Positions 1-11,520 of a stretch of 44,195 nt of DNA are shown in pieces (position 1 is the stretch's first letter; each line of letters opens with the position of its first letter). Below the pieces are notes generated by a model that was not told the DNA's origin, did not search any database, and saw only the letters and a program-made list of their open reading frames with translations. The position numbers and the translations under genes are program-made. This stretch comes from Octopus sinensis (taxonomy: Eukaryota), in NCBI RefSeq assembly GCF_006345805.1, contig NW_021834703.1:1-44195 (forward strand), given 5' to 3'.

Positions 1-510
1 GAAGAAGAAGAAGAATGTGGGACGATTTTGTGTTGCAGCGGAAATAAAGAGAGAGAAAAATAAAGATGAAACAAGAGAGAGAATTATTATGTGTTTGAGA
101 TTTGGACGGAAATATGAATAACAGGAACAATATAGAAGACAGTGAATAAGATAAGGTCACGTGGACAGGCGATTAAGATCCACCCACGCATAGCTTCAAA
201 GCTAAATTGCCTTGGCCTACCCTTGAAACTGTCCACCGACTTTTGACATCAAATCAAGCAAACAAACAAGGAACCAACGAGGAATCAGGGTCACATAAGG
301 AGACAACACACCATTTTTCTAATTGTTTAATGTGATAAAACGGTGCAGATGATAGTTTTTAGTGGTTCTTTGACTAGTAATAGGAAGGAACTATTCTTGA
401 ACCGGAGACGTAACTTGTAATCTTTGCAATGGAGTGGTCTTTTTAATGAAGTTAGGGAAGGCCCAGTTGGAGCGGTCCTGAAACCGCGTGAGGAATTATG
501 TGTGCTATAT

Positions 511-902
511 GTTTTTGTTGGCTCTCCGTCGGTTACGACGACGAGGGTTCCAGTTGATTCGATCAACGGAACAGCCAGCTCGTGAAATTAACGTGCAAGT
601 GGCTGAGCATTCCACAGACACGTGTAACCTTAGACACGTAGTTCTCGGGGAGATTCAGCGTGACACAGAGTGTGACAAGGCTGGCCCTTTGAAATACAGG
701 TACAACAGAAACAGGAAGTAAGAGTGAGAGAAAGTTGTGGCAAAAGAGTACAGCAGTGTTCGCCACCATCCCCTGCCCGAGCCTCGTGGAACTTTAGCTG
801 TCTTCGCTCAATAAACACTCACAATGCCCGGTCTTGGAATCGAAACCGCGATCCTACGACTGCGAGTCTGCTGCCCTAACCACTGGGCCATTGCGCCTCC
901 AC
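511..902 (-). mobile_element. tRNA-derived SINE, family C, full length with TSD
   Basis: Minus strand starts GTGGAGGCGCAATGGCCCAGTGG (A box) ... GGTTTCGATTCC (B box). A 13-bp direct repeat ATGTGTGCTATAT flanks it at 498-510 and 903-915. Highly similar to the copy at 4926-5317. Confidence 0.9.
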
Positions 903-924
903 ATGTGTGCTATATAATAAATCG

Positions 925-1270
925 CCAACACCACCACCACAAGCTCTTCCTCCATCGAAACTACCATTACAACCAATATCATCAAAACCATCAATATCAC
1001 CACCAACACCATCACCATCAACACCACCACCACCACCACCGCCAACACCACCAACATCACCACCACAACCACCACCGCCAACACCACCAACATCACCACC
1101 AAAACCACCACCACCAACACCATCACCACCACCAACGCCACCACCACCACCACCACCATCACTACCACCGCCACCACCTCCATCACCATCATCACCACCA
1201 TCACCACCATCACCACCACCGCCAACACCACCACCACCACCATCACCACCACCATCACCATAGCAGCCAT
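925..1270. repeat. Degenerate (CAC/CAT/CAA)n trinucleotide tract
   Basis: Low-complexity tract; it explains the His-, Pro- and Val-rich ORFs at 824-1291. Confidence 0.85.
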
Positions 1271-1647
1271 CATTACTCTACCAGCTTCTAGACGAGATTA
1301 GCCTCCCCCCGTCTCCATAAATCCTCATCTTCATAAATCTAGATCCTTATCACGATTACGATTATGATTTTTGCGATCATCATTATTATCCTTTATTAAA
1401 GTCATTTTCTTCACTCCTTATCTTCGACATCCTCCCCCTCCCCCACACCATTTTCCTCAACGTCCTCCTATTTCTCCTGCTCCCGAATAAGCACCGCCGA
1501 CACTCCTCCACCAAAAAAAAAAAAATGAAATGAAAAAAAGCAAAAACAAAAACAAAAAAATAAAAATAAAAATGACAATCAAACGGAATGTGATGGCGGC
1601 GTCTTTGTTGTTTGTCTGGGTGCCTTGCTTGTGTAAGCAATTTTGCC

Positions 1648-1778
1648 ATGAAAAACGTTTGTCTTGTAATCGACGTCTTCCAGGAATTAGTAAATTACAT
1701 ATCGCAATTAAACAGAATTAGGAACGATTTTCTTCTTTGCATATTTCCTTTCTTCATATCCGCATCCTTCGTCGGATG
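1648..1778 (+). CDS. Candidate first coding exon (MKNVCLVIDVFQELVNYISQLNRIRNDFLLCIFPFFISASFVG), unidentified
   Basis: GCCATGA start context, open frame with a hydrophobic C-terminal stretch, and a donor-like ATG|GTATGT at 1779. No homology recognised. Confidence 0.2.
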
Positions 1779-1823
1779 GTATGTTATAGAAGTAGTGATC
1801 GGGGTAGGGATGGAGGGAGAGAA

Positions 1824-1860
<37 letters not shown>

Positions 1861-2139
1861 AGGGGAGAGAATGAAAGAGGAGAGAGAATAAGAAAGGAAG
1901 GCAGAGAGAAGAGAAAAAGAACTAAATATACAGAATGAAGGTATATTGAAAGCTGAGATTCTGGAGTCGAGATATTCCTACATTTTGGAGTATCTAGGCA
2001 TGGCAATTCATAAGAATAATAAATTTATTCATAATAATCCTTTATTTGACAAAAGGACCTCTGTATGTACATATATATCAATAGAAATCGCATCACAATC
2101 TATATTTATTAAAATTAAATATACAACAATATATATATA

Positions 2140-2550
2140 GGCGCAGGAGTGGCTGTGTGGTAAGTAGCTTGCTTACCAACCACATGGTTTCGGGTTCAGT
2201 CCCACTGCGTGGCATGTTGGGCAAGTGTCTTCTGCTATAGCCTCGGGCCGACCAATGCCTTGTGAGTGGATTTGGTAGACGGAAACTGAAAGAAGCTTGT
2301 CGGATATATGTATATATATATGTATGTGTGTGTATATTTGTGTGCCTGTGTTTGTCCCCCTAGCATTGCTTGACAACCGATGCTGGTGTGTTTATGTCCC
2401 CGTTACTTAGCGGTTCGGCAAAAGAGACCGATAGAATAAGTACTGGGCTTACAAAGAATAAGTCCTGGTGTCGATTTGGTCGACTAAAGGCAGTGCTCCA
2501 GCATGGCCGCAGTCAAATGACTGAAACAAGTAAAAGAGAAAGAGTAAGAG
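2140..2550 (+). mobile_element. tRNA-derived SINE, family A (CORE-like), full length
   Basis: Head GGCGCAGGAGTGGCTGTGTGGTAAG ... GGGTTCAGTCCC. The segment TTGGGCAAGT resembles the CORE/MIR-type domain (recalled, not searched). Internal (TA/TG)n and tail CTGAAACAAGTAAAAGAG. About 10 related copies in the window. Confidence 0.9.
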
Positions 2551-3072
2551 TATACAACAAGCCTTGTGAAATACAGCCAGCAACGTTTTCTTGGCCGAAA
2601 TATTAATTTCGCCGCTTATCAAACTGTTAAAATCAACAAAATGGTTTCGTGCTGCGTTCAATGCAATCGACGTTTGAAGGAGTAGGCGGATTTTGAAAGC
2701 GAGGGGGAGAGAGAAAAAAAAGACAGAAGAGATAAGTAACTTAACAGTAAATATAGCCAGTACTAAATCAAAAATTACATAAACCAAAACTGGAATGCTT
2801 TAATATGTGTCCGATGGTTTATGCTTAATTTCTGCTAAGATGTGCTTTATAAAATGTGGATTTGAAGATGAAATCTCACTCCTGATATTTTCACAGTCAC
2901 TGGAAGTTTTGTTGACCTGTTAATATAACGTTTGATCTTGGAAGAACTTCCATTTAATGTTTTTATCTGACGTTCTCTTCATTGACTTTCCAGATTTATG
3001 CTGTGAAGGTTGTTGCATATCTCTTCTGGCGTCTAAAAGATGAAAATAGTTGTATTTGGATTTAAATTTTAC

Positions 3073-3240
3073 TTGCACAAAGCTTGGTCTCTGTCTGGCC
3101 ATTGCCATATTTTGCTGATATCTGAGTCTCATAAACAACAGAGGTTATCTCAAATGCCTGCCTTTGAATATATTCTGATTTATCTCTGCATGTGTATACT
3201 AGATAGGTCTGAATTAATACATTGCTGTAATATGATGATA
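3073..3240 (-). CDS. Candidate internal exon, phase 1-1 (SSYYSNVLIQTYLVYTCRDKSEYIQRQAFEITSVVYETQISAKYGNGQTETKLCA)
   Basis: Acceptor TTGTTCTTTAG, 168-nt open frame, donor CAA|GTAAAA. Faint FN3-like pattern only. Confidence 0.25.
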
Positions 3241-4112
3241 CTAAAGAACAATGTTATAACACTATATAAAAATATAACTGGTGGTATATGTCGTATGGCG
3301 AGTAACTTTGGAACTATACTTTTACCATCATGGATGATATCAGGATATATAGCATAATACAATAATTACAATTTTAAATTTATCAAATTTCTTGGGGCTT
3401 AATAAAAATGAAGAAATGAATAGTAATTTTCAAGCGAAAATATTACCTTTAAAATTGAATAAAACAAATTTCGGATTTGAATATTTGCAATAAATATGTT
3501 ATCAATTACAATAATATCCATACTGCCTCTCTTACGCTAACGTTCTCTGTATCTGTCTTTTAATCTCTCGCCATCTTTCTATATGATATAAGGCGATACT
3601 GGAGATATCAATCAACTAAAGTTTATATCGGCAATTGTTAAATATTGATATTTTTACGCAAAGCTATATGATATGCTGCTATTCTACAATATTATTACAT
3701 ATTTCCATTATTCATATCACAACACTGCAAATATCACGAAGTGATGAAAAGTGTGATCTTCGATTTACTGCCTGAACACTTAGCTAGATTGTCATGGGTG
3801 GAATGATTTAAGCAAAGTTCTGCTCGGTCAGGGATGATAAAGCAGTAAGCAAAAGCAACCGTAACACAATTCACAATAATACACCACGACATGAGCGATT
3901 TTGATAGAAGTAAGAAGAAAGGACGTAAACGATGTTGGATAAGAATAGTTGAAGTTAAGTAAATAATATGAGCTAGAAAAACGATATGAGAACAAATGTA
4001 CAGAACGAATGTTTTTTCAGAAAAAGTTTTGAAGTGTATCGAGTGTTCAAAAAAAAGAGACAGGGGTCAGATTCTTGATGTGCAAGATAAACCAGTTTGA
4101 GCAACATATACC

Positions 4113-4511
4113 CTTTACTCTTTTACTTGGTTCAGTCATTTGACTGTGGCCATGCTGGAGCACCGCCTTTAGTCGAGCAAATCGACCCCAGGACTTATTT
4201 TTTGTAAGCCTAGTATTTATTCTGTCGGTCACTTTGCCGAACCGCTAGATTACGGGGACGTAACACGCCAGCATAGGTTGTCAAGCGATGTTGGTGGGGG
4301 GGGGACACAGATACACAAACGTATACACACACACACATATATATATATATATACATATATACAACGGGCTTCTTTCAGTTTCCGTCTACCAAATCCACTC
4401 ACAAGGCTTTGGTCGGCCCGAGGCTATAGTAGAAGACACTTGCCCAAGATGCCACGCAGTGGGACTGAACCCGGAACCATGTGGTTGGTAAGCAAGCTAC
4501 TTACCACACAG
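4113..4511 (-). mobile_element. SINE family A, slightly 5'-truncated
   Basis: Reverse complement of the 2140-2550 element over ~400 bp. Confidence 0.9.
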
Positions 4512-4925
4512 AAAAAAATGACAGAGATGATTCTGAACTGAAAGAGAACAGATGGTTGCGCACATAGCCAGTCTCTGGGTGTAACATGTTTGCTCAGAGA
4601 GTCTAAAGCAGAAATTAGAATTATCATGAGGGCAGAGCAGACCCATAAAAGTATTCTACTGGATTAGCGAGTTAAGATTTCAGGCAGTAAATCAAAAGAC
4701 GCATTTTTCATCATCTCGTGGTATGAGTAATGGAAATATGTAATAATATTGTAGAATAGCATCATATAATAGCTTTGCGTAAAATCATATATTGGCAAAT
4801 ATGTAATAACATATGACAAAAATGTAAGATCTGTCAAAGCAGAAGATATCCTTGAAATTATCTGTGTAAAGGTATTATGAGATATGAAATTTCAAACGGA
4901 CAGGCATATAGCATATTAACGTCCA

Positions 4926-5317
4926 TGTGGATGGAAGCACTCCGTCGGTTACGACAACGAGGGTTCCGGTTGATCCGAATCAACGGAACAGCCTGCTCGT
5001 GAAATTAACGTGTAAGTGGCTGAGCACTCCACAGACACGTGTACCCTTAACGTAGTTCTCGGGGATATTCAGCGTGACACAGAGAGTGACAAGGCCGGCC
5101 CTTTGAAATACAGGTACAACAGAAACAGGAAGTAAGAGTGAGAGAAAGTTGTGGTGAAAGAGTACAGCAGGGATCACCACCATCCCCTGCCGGAGCCGCG
5201 TGGAGCTTTAGGTGTTTTTCGCTCAATAAACACTCACAACGCCCGGTCTGGGAATCGAAACCGCGATCCTATGACCGCGAGTCCGTTGCCCTAACCACTG
5301 GGCCATTGCGCCTCCAC
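4926..5317 (-). mobile_element. SINE family C, full length with TSD
   Basis: Same A/B-box head as 511-902; 9-bp direct repeat TAACGTCCA at 4917-4925 and 5318-5326. Confidence 0.9.
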
Positions 5318-5540
5318 TAACGTCCAGGTAGAGATGTACCCAATAAAGAAAGAAAATAATGTTTGAAACAAGTATGATAGAAAGAAGAACATGAGGAAAT
5401 GGAAAAAAAAATAAGAGGATCTAAAATATGAACTTCAATGAATCTGCAATTTCCGTAAAGGTAGCATTATCCAAATTGCAATGATCAGCCTGAGAAATAG
5501 TCCCAAGAAAAATGTTGGTTGAAGATGTTGCATATCCAAA

Positions 5541-5960
5541 TGAACTTCCGATATGTGTGCGACATGGTGATCTCATATCAAGATAAACAACACATGACCT
5601 TGCAGGTGGAGCCCAATTAGAATTTTCTTCTGGTCGAGTGTGGCCATGCTGGAGCACAGCCTTTAGTCGAGCAAATCGACCCCAGGACTTATTTTTTGTA
5701 AGCCTAATATATATATATTCTGTCGGTCACTTTGCCGAACCGCTAGGTTACGGGGGCGTAACACACTAGCATAGGTTGTCAAGCGATGTTGGGGGGGGGG
5801 ACAGATACACAAACGTATACACACACACACATATATATATACATATATACGACGGGCTTCTTTCAGTTTCCGTCTACCAAATCCACTCACAAGGCTCAAA
5901 AGGTCCCTGAATAAAGGTTGTTTAAGGATGTTGAACGAAACACCCATGTTTCCATGGGTG
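5541..5960 (-). mobile_element. Chimera: fragment of the ~560-bp TAA-tailed retroposon interrupted by an internal SINE A segment (5639-5896)
   Basis: The flanks match 16109-16668 contiguously; the middle matches SINE A but lacks its head and tail. Confidence 0.8.
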
Positions 5961-6004
5961 CCTATAGCAAAAGTGATTATCCTGATTGTTATTATTATCA
6001 TTAA

Positions 6005-6420
6005 GGTGGCGAGCTGGCAGAATTGTTAGCATATCGGGGGAAATGCTGAATCGCATTTCGGCTGTCGATGCATTCTGAGTTCAAATTCCGCTAAGATGGA
6101 CTTTGCCTGTCAGCTCTTCGTCGTCGATGAAATAAGTTGGTCACTGCATCGATGTAATCGATTATCCTCCTCCCCAAAGATTTCAGCCCTGGTGCCTATA
6201 ATAAGAGGATTATTATCATTATATCAGCCTTTTGCACTGGAAGGACTGTCAGAAGATGTAACTGCTACTTTTTTGAACCCGAGAGGATGAAAGGCAAGGC
6301 CAGCCAAATCGCAGTAGAATTTGAATAATAACAATGATGATTTCAAATTTTGGCACAAGGTCAGCAATTTTACGGGAAAATTTAAGTCGATATTATAAAC
6401 CCAAATGGTACTTAATGAGT
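6005..6420 (+). mobile_element. SINE family B (plus, ~6005-6220) followed by degenerate minus-strand family B fragments
   Basis: GGTGGCGAGCTGGCAGAA head, GAGTTCAAATTCCGC B-box and TTTGCC central domain; reverse fragments at ~6250-6420. Confidence 0.75.
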
Positions 6421-7259
6421 ACTTAAGATGAGGAAGATGGAGGGTGATGGAAGGAGGGTGGATAGAGGATGAAGGGAGCGGAGAGGACGAGGTTAAAGGG
6501 GAGGTGAGGTGGACAATGAGAAGTACTGAAAAGAAAAAAGGAATAAAAAGTATTAGGAAGAGGAGAAGAAAAAGAAGAAAAACAGATATCTCGTCATAAC
6601 GCTATTCTTGGCCGCCATCGTGTCTGTTTTAGCTGGTATTACAGCAGTGACCTCTCTTATTAAAATAATCTTCTTAGAAGAATTCTGTACACTGTATTAT
6701 TTCCTCATCAAGTCACGCTTCCAAATTCCATTTTCCTTCCGTCTGTCTGACTGTCTGTCTACTTGTCAATATGTCTGCCTCTATGTCACTCTGTCAGTCT
6801 GACTACCCAGTTGGATAGCTGGCTGCCTGGCTGGCTGGTTGGCTGTCTATTTTTGCCTACTTATTACTTTTTTTTTTATTATTTCTTTTTCTGTTTTCCT
6901 ACTTTCTTTTCGTTTCCTTTTACCTTTTTAACACTTTTTTCTTATAATTTCCTTTCATTTATTATTTAAGTTTTTCACATATTATTTTTTAGGTGGAAGA
7001 AATTTAGTTCCGGCTCAACGTTTACGATTATGATGGCAGTGGCGGTGGCAGAAGTCATGGTAGTAAAATGGTAGTCGTAGTGGTTGTGGTGATGGTGATG
7101 ATAGGGCTGGTAGGGCTGGATGAAAGAAGGAATGTTGTGATGGAAAAAAACAGGAATCAAATATATCTTTAACACAATTTATGCCAAGTAAAAAGAAGAT
7201 ACAAAGCAAACAACAAACTAAGGAAACAGTTACATAAATCGACACAAGCAGGTAATATG

Positions 7260-7581
<322 letters not shown>

Positions 7582-7583
<2 letters not shown>

Positions 7584-7760
7584 CGGGAAGCTTTATGAAA
7601 ATAGACAAAAGACGAAGGCAGGTGGGAAACAAACAAACAATTGTATTAGTATGGCGCTCAGGAAATATAAATAAAACAAGTCTTTAACGTTTCGAGCCTA
7701 CGCTCTTCAACAGAAAGATACACAGAGAGAAAAAAAAAACACAGAAAGAAGGAGAGAAAA
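7582..7760 (-). mobile_element. Penelope-like element terminal remnant
   Basis: Carries a minimal hammerhead motif with a palindromic ACGU stem III, a hallmark of Penelope-like elements. No coding sequence is left. Confidence 0.5.
7681..7718 (-). ncRNA. Minimal type I hammerhead ribozyme motif (core variant CUGUUGA)
   Basis: Minus strand: UCUUU-CUGUUGA-A-GAGC(GUAG)GCUC-GAA-ACGU-U/AAAGA. Stem I 5 bp, stem II 4 bp, palindromic stem III, GUU cleavage triplet; A6 is replaced by U. Confidence 0.7.
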
Positions 7761-8049
7761 AAAATGCGTGCAAATATATATATATAATCGAACGGTCTTT
7801 GTGTGTTTTAAATGGCTTATAAACAGCTTCCATGCTGCAATTATATATGTGTATGTGCGTGTGTGTATGTGTCTGTGTCTGTGTGTAAGTATGCATGTGC
7901 GTATGTATGTATATATATATACATTCGTACATACAAAACTCTTGGCTCCCGGCTCATTTTGTACCTTTTACTTATTGTATTAATAAAGATAATAATCATA
8001 ATAAAAATGATAATATATTATTGTTGATATTGTAATTATTATATTATTA

Positions 8050-8089
<40 letters not shown>

Positions 8090-8110
8090 TTTTTTTTTTT
8101 ATTATTATTA

Positions 8111-8606
8111 TTGAGTGAGAGAGCAACGCATGCCATCAAAGTGACTCTAGCGTAAAATATACGAAGCCCAGTTTACCCAGCATGACTACCCATCTGATAA
8201 GAGTACACTAGGCACATGCATCACAACCATATGTGCCCGATATGGTAATGTCATATCAAGATAAACTGTGCATGTTGTTGCAGGTGGGGCCCAGGTAGAA
8301 TATTTTTTCTGGTTGAGTACCCATCCCCGCTAAAACGGTCACGGAATAAGGGTTGTTTAAGGATGTTGAACGCAACACCCCTGTTTCCAGAGGTGAATCA
8401 TTGAAATCCCAAACAATTCCACTCAGCACATGACTATGATGCTCTCCCACTAATTCTGTTCGTGATCAGAGATGCACGTATCTTAGCCACTAAGGGAGAT
8501 GCTCAACTGGTTTAGTTCAAACAACTGACAGGAAAATCAACGGTATTGAGCGGAATATTTTCTGTAGACCATCTTTTTATACCAAGACAAAATAATGTCC
8601 ATGATA
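8111..8606 (-). mobile_element. ~560-bp non-coding TAA-tailed retroposon, 5'-truncated copy
   Basis: Matches 16109-16668; the 3' end CTCTCTCACTCAA runs into (TAA)n at 8030-8112. Confidence 0.85.
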
Positions 8607-9262
8607 GTGTGTAATAATATGCCGTGAGTCTCTCGATGAGCTACAGTCTTTTGACAGTGCATAGAATCCGTTGATTTCTAATTACGCTCAGAATACTAAT
8701 TTCTAATATACAAACATTTAATAAGTGTTAATCTCCTGACGGACCGTTTCGCTATAATTTTACCTTCGCTCAGAGAAAGCGCATCTCACTCTTTTCCGCA
8801 AATATTTACATTCTTATTTCTCTCACAGATTGTTTTTCTAATGTTCAGAAATATTTCTCTCCTTCCACAGACGCGCATAAAATGTATACTGTGTAATTAA
8901 TTATTGACAACTATTAAACATCACAAATACGCAAATTAAGCTACCCACTACGATTGCACCATAATTTATGATTGTTATATTTTGAATTTAAATGTTCTAT
9001 GCTATTTACTATTTGCTGAAGGAAATCCAGTATGTCTTCCGTGAGTTGTAGTCACGAAACCATAAAACCAGTAGACAGGATATCCTGCTTTTGTTTTTCT
9101 TTACATCCACAGTATAGAAGGAGAATGTATTTTTGCATTCCTCTTACAGCTTGGCTTTACAGTATTCAAATCCATTTTAGTCCTTCCGTTTCATGCTGTG
9201 TTTGTGTATTAACTTGTATGTGTATGCATGCATGCATGTCTTCATTCAGTTTTATTTCTAGA

Positions 9263-9659
9263 CTAGCAGTATCGCCCGGCGTTGCTCGGGTTTGTAAGGG
9301 AAATAACTATATAAGCCTTTTTAGAGAGTTATAGCCAAAAAATAACAAAAAAAATGCATTAAAAATGGAACAAAATTTATGGTAAATTTTTTTAAATCGT
9401 TGACTCATCGTAGACATTTTTAGAGAGTTACTTCCCATATATAATAGCGAAAAAATGCATTAAAATGGGAAAAAATTATGGTAAATTATTTTAAAAATCG
9501 TAGACTCATCGTAGACGCGCGCTAATACCCAGAAGGGCTCGATATGAATCACGACTATAAGATACCCGCTTTTGCTTACACTGCACCGCAAAATGTGGGA
9601 GTAGTTAGGAATCTAAATCGTAGGAGACAGACACACGACTTGACTTTTATATATAAAGA
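9263..9659 (-). mobile_element. Non-autonomous Helitron
   Basis: Minus strand A|TC...CTAG|T, with a GC-rich hairpin CCCGAGCAACGCCGGG (9275-9290) 8 nt before CTAG, no TSD, and two internal ~99-bp tandem repeats (9318-9516). Confidence 0.8.
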
Positions 9660-9912
9660 TGTGTTGCCAATAAAGAATGAGTCGCTTTCTAACCTAGATT
9701 CAGGGCTCCTTCATTGGAATTTGAAAAACATCGGCATAGTATTTACGCATATGCGTAGATTACTATGCTTTGTTTTATGTATGTATTCTCATGCATATAG
9801 TTGCATGTCTAGATAAGTTCATATATTCTTAAATGAGAAACCTCTGGTAAGTTTTAGAAAATTTCACAGTTCCAGTGTATGTATATATAGATAGATAGGC
9901 AGATGGATAGAT

Positions 9913-9947
<35 letters not shown>

Positions 9948-9978
9948 TGTATGCCCGAGAGCAGAAACAACATCGTCG

Positions 9979-10033
<55 letters not shown>

Positions 10034-10089
10034 CCTGTGAAATCATGTATCCCTGCCGTAAGGCTTTATTTCCACACATGTCAGCTTAA

Positions 10090-10400
10090 TTTAATTCGTC
10101 CATAGTCGAAAGACACCTGTTGTTATGTCCTGTTTTCGTATATATTCGCTGTTTTCTTCTAAGGAATCGAATGCTATTAGCTTAATTTTTCCTTTGGGCT
10201 GGCCAGATTGGAGCAATCTCGAGTATAACCAGCCGAAATTGCAAAGATAGTCTGGAACTCTGCTGAAGAAAGAAAACTCCAAATGACCTGTCCTTGTTTT
10301 CTTTGTATCGTCTATCTGGATGTTTTGTTGTCCCTCTTTTTGTATCACCTAATTATCTGCATGTTTTGCATCCTTGTCCCTTTTTGTATCATATATATAC
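10090..10400. mobile_element. Unclassified interspersed repeat remnant, possibly Penelope-like terminal repeat
   Basis: Structured GC-richer segment (GGCTGG/CCAGCC and AGATTG/CAATCT stems) with an internal short duplication (TGTCCCT..TTTGTATCA twice). Family assignment is by impression only. Confidence 0.35.
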
Positions 10401-10429
10401 ATATATGAAATAGAGCGTGTGTGTGACTG

Positions 10430-10640
10430 CGTGTGCTTTTGTTGCTCCTCCGACCGAATGACAACCACACTTTGGATTGCTTACATCCCCGTAACATAGC
10501 GGTTCATTCAAAACGGAACGATAGAATAAGTTCTAGGTTTAGAAAAAATAAGTAACAGGGTCAGTTCGTTTGTCTAAACCCTTCTTAGCGGTGGCCCAAT
10601 ATGGCAGCTGTTAAAAGTCCGTAGCAAGTAAAAGAATAAA
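10430..10640 (+). mobile_element. Degenerate SINE A 3' half
   Basis: CCCCGTAACATAGCGGTTC...GATAGAATAAG...GCAAGTAAAAGAATAAA match the family A tail. Confidence 0.7.
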
Positions 10641-11162
10641 GCATGAAATTCTAGCTCTTCCTATAAATCCCAGACTCGCTGTTTAATCTCATCCACTCTG
10701 TCACACTTCTCGGAGAACAGTAAGGTATTCCCTGAATCTTTGTATATGGGAATACACGGCAAGTTAACAACGGCAACAGAGAGTCGGTGTTGAAATCGGC
10801 AAATGATGTCTTGACCTGTTTAAAATGTAAATAAAAGCCCCTTAATTACCACTTTAAGGTATCAAGAACGGTAAGAACAGATGGGGGTGATTACGACATG
10901 GATGCCATTTATTAGGTCTCTTTCATGTAAGGTAAACTGGAACTAAACCAATCAAGTAGGAACAGGAACAACAACAAGGTCAGCAAAACCCTTAACATGA
11001 GGAACAACAATAAACAAACACACAATAAAAAAAGATCAATAAAAACTACAAAATGAAAAACCACACCAGCAGCAGCAGCAGCAGCAGCAACGACATACAA
11101 CACAGGAACAAATAGATCTAAGAAGAAAATAATGATATATTTGTATACAGCCGCATATATAC

Positions 11163-11225
11163 ACCGGAAGTAAAGTACTCCGGAAATAAACTAACTTGTA
11201 ACCTAATTGTATAAGCGCGTGCGCA
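11163..11225. promoter_or_regulatory. Candidate promoter motif cluster: two ETS sites and an NRF1-like site
   Basis: ACCGGAAGT (11163-11171), TCCGGAAAT (11179-11187) and GCGCGTGCGCA (11215-11225) in unique AT-rich DNA. Confidence 0.35.
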
Positions 11226-11520
11226 GCTCGCATTAGCAAGAAGACAGCAATCTGCAATATCTGCATTTTAAAAGTATATATTGTTACTTTGCATTTGTTT
11301 GTAGTTTTTTGCTTCGTGATTCTTTTGCTGTTGCAATCATATACTTTCTTCATTTAATCTTTTACTACAAGAATTTGAGACAATTTTCAGGAAGTTAAAC
11401 ATGGAGTACACTTTGACAATGGAAACTGAACATTCCAGAAACGATTGCTTGAACTTATCCGGATCGGATTTATCTTCATATGTCTAAGTACAGACTCATG
11501 GTGGTGGTAATGGTGATAAT

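Noticed and set aside
511-902. tRNA-like heads of the SINEs as tRNA genes
   Set aside because: A and B boxes are present, but there is no complete cloverleaf or acceptor stem, and each continues into a repeat body with TSDs.
824-1291. His-rich, Pro-rich (extensin-like) and Val-rich ORFs
   Set aside because: All frames stay open only because of a degenerate CAC/CAT repeat. There are no reflectin, suckerin or beak-protein motifs and no convincing splice sites.
10184-10295. Hammerhead-like pieces: GGCTGG/CCAGCC stem followed by GAAA, and CTGAAGA at 10263
   Set aside because: The first lacks a CUGANGA box and the second lacks GAAA and a stem I partner; at most a decayed structure.
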